Origin: Okamejei kenojei
Taxonomy: Eukaryota
DNA: 64,000 nucleotides
Direction: 5' to 3'
NCBI GenBank assembly: GCA_035221665.1
Contig: CM069164.1
Coordinates: forward strand, 16,058,001-16,122,000
Positions 62,994 through 64,000 of this stretch are shown here, piece by piece. A program made the translations under genes and the position numbers. Below the pieces are notes generated by a model that ran no database searches, had not been told where the DNA came from, and saw only the letters and a program-made list of their open reading frames with translations. Position 1 is the first letter of the stretch. Every line of letters begins with the position of its first letter.

Positions 62994-64000
62994 AAAATAG
63001 TAAGATTAAATGAGAACTTACCAGTTTGAAGTTTGATCTTTATTTTATGAGGAGTTGCTTTGAGGGATTTCGTGAAGACCCCGCCAGCACGCATGCGCGA
63101 CATTCTTCAAAGCTGCGGTGTGGAATCACAGAACTATCCAGAAATGACTAGTATTGTAAGATTGAAGAGACTCTATATACCAGTTGACCTTATAGTAGAT
63201 GGTTGGGAGTGGAGGGCACGAAATCCCTCATCGCAACGCCTCATAAAATAAAGATCAAACTTCAAACTGGTAAGTTCTCGTTTAATCTAACTATTTCATT
63301 TTGGTCACGTGAGTGACTTTGTGAAGATTTTAAAGCTCTGTGATTACATGCCCTGGATCACGTCCATGCTCACACATGGCCACAATATTGATGGAAGGAG
63401 TATATTAACGTATTTCAGACTTGAAGAGCTGAAAAATAATAATGTTTATTAATCACAAACAAAAAAAACCCTCATACGGGGATAAATGTATGTTGCTGAC
63501 CAGCACTCAGCATGGTCTCCCCAAACATAGCAGGAGCGGTCACAGGTTTGTTGTAAAACCTCTGGAATGTAGCTTCGCTAGCCCAGCCCGCTGTGGCGAG
63601 GATATGGTCCATGGGCACCTCCATGGTCCTCGCCGCTGATGTGGATGCAGCCCTGGTAGAATGGGATTTAAAGATATTGATATCAATACCTGCTGCATCC
63701 AATATTACCCTGAGCCACCTGGAGATCGTCTGCACCATCACCCTGTGATGGGGTTTCTTATGGCTGATCAGCAGGTACCTCTCCGTTCCCCTGAGGGTAT
63801 GCGTCACTTTAATGGAGTGACGGATATAGGTGGCTAAGCAGAGCCTCACATCAGCGGAGTATGCCGGAAATATCAGCTGCAGCCCTGTGAACCCAGGTCT
63901 ATGTTGCATCAATAGAAGATTATTCTATCAGGGGTAGAGACCATATTATCCATATTGATCTTATGTAAGGTCTGAACCCGCTGAGCTGATGTTAGGGCCA
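62994..64000 (-). mobile_element. DIRS1-like tyrosine-recombinase retrotransposon, 3' end (continues beyond window)
   Basis: ORF 63472-63912 with TISRW, HSTR, ILATAGW and F.RFY YR motifs; about 80-bp inverted repeat 62994-63074 / 63217-63298 fits a terminal repeat plus internal complementary region. Confidence 0.88.

Overview
Vertebrate genomic DNA, most likely a cartilaginous fish (skate/ray or shark; inferred from HE1/V-SINE-like and CR1/HER1-like repeats). Two spliced genes lie tail-to-tail, as in human 15q22.31. On the + strand are the last 12 coding exons of DENND4A (1148-21649), with consistent phases and GT-AG introns. On the - strand are 9 coding exons of SLC24A1/NCKX1, the rod Na+/Ca2+-K+ exchanger (51377-29593). 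It encodes about 780 aa once a 1-nt deletion at about 50755-50757, probably an assembly error, is corrected. Introns and the intergenic region carry two near-full-length Tc1 transposons (one Passport-like), CR1, Rex1-like and Tx1-like LINE fragments, and V-SINEs. They also hold many Penelope-like (GIY-YIG) relics, the 3' end of a DIRS tyrosine-recombinase element, a Helitron-like repeat and a 1.3-kb G-rich minisatellite. The most notable observations are: recurrent palindromic Penelope-derived repeats with a minimal hammerhead-ribozyme core; a candidate 27-nt in-frame DENND4A microexon; a degenerate R2-type RT relic outside rDNA; 96% GC3 in part of the SLC24A1 large exon; and a WW>YL change in a conserved NCKX segment. 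Most ORFs in the supplied track are chance or repeat-derived. Family assignments come from recalled sequences and motifs, not database searches.
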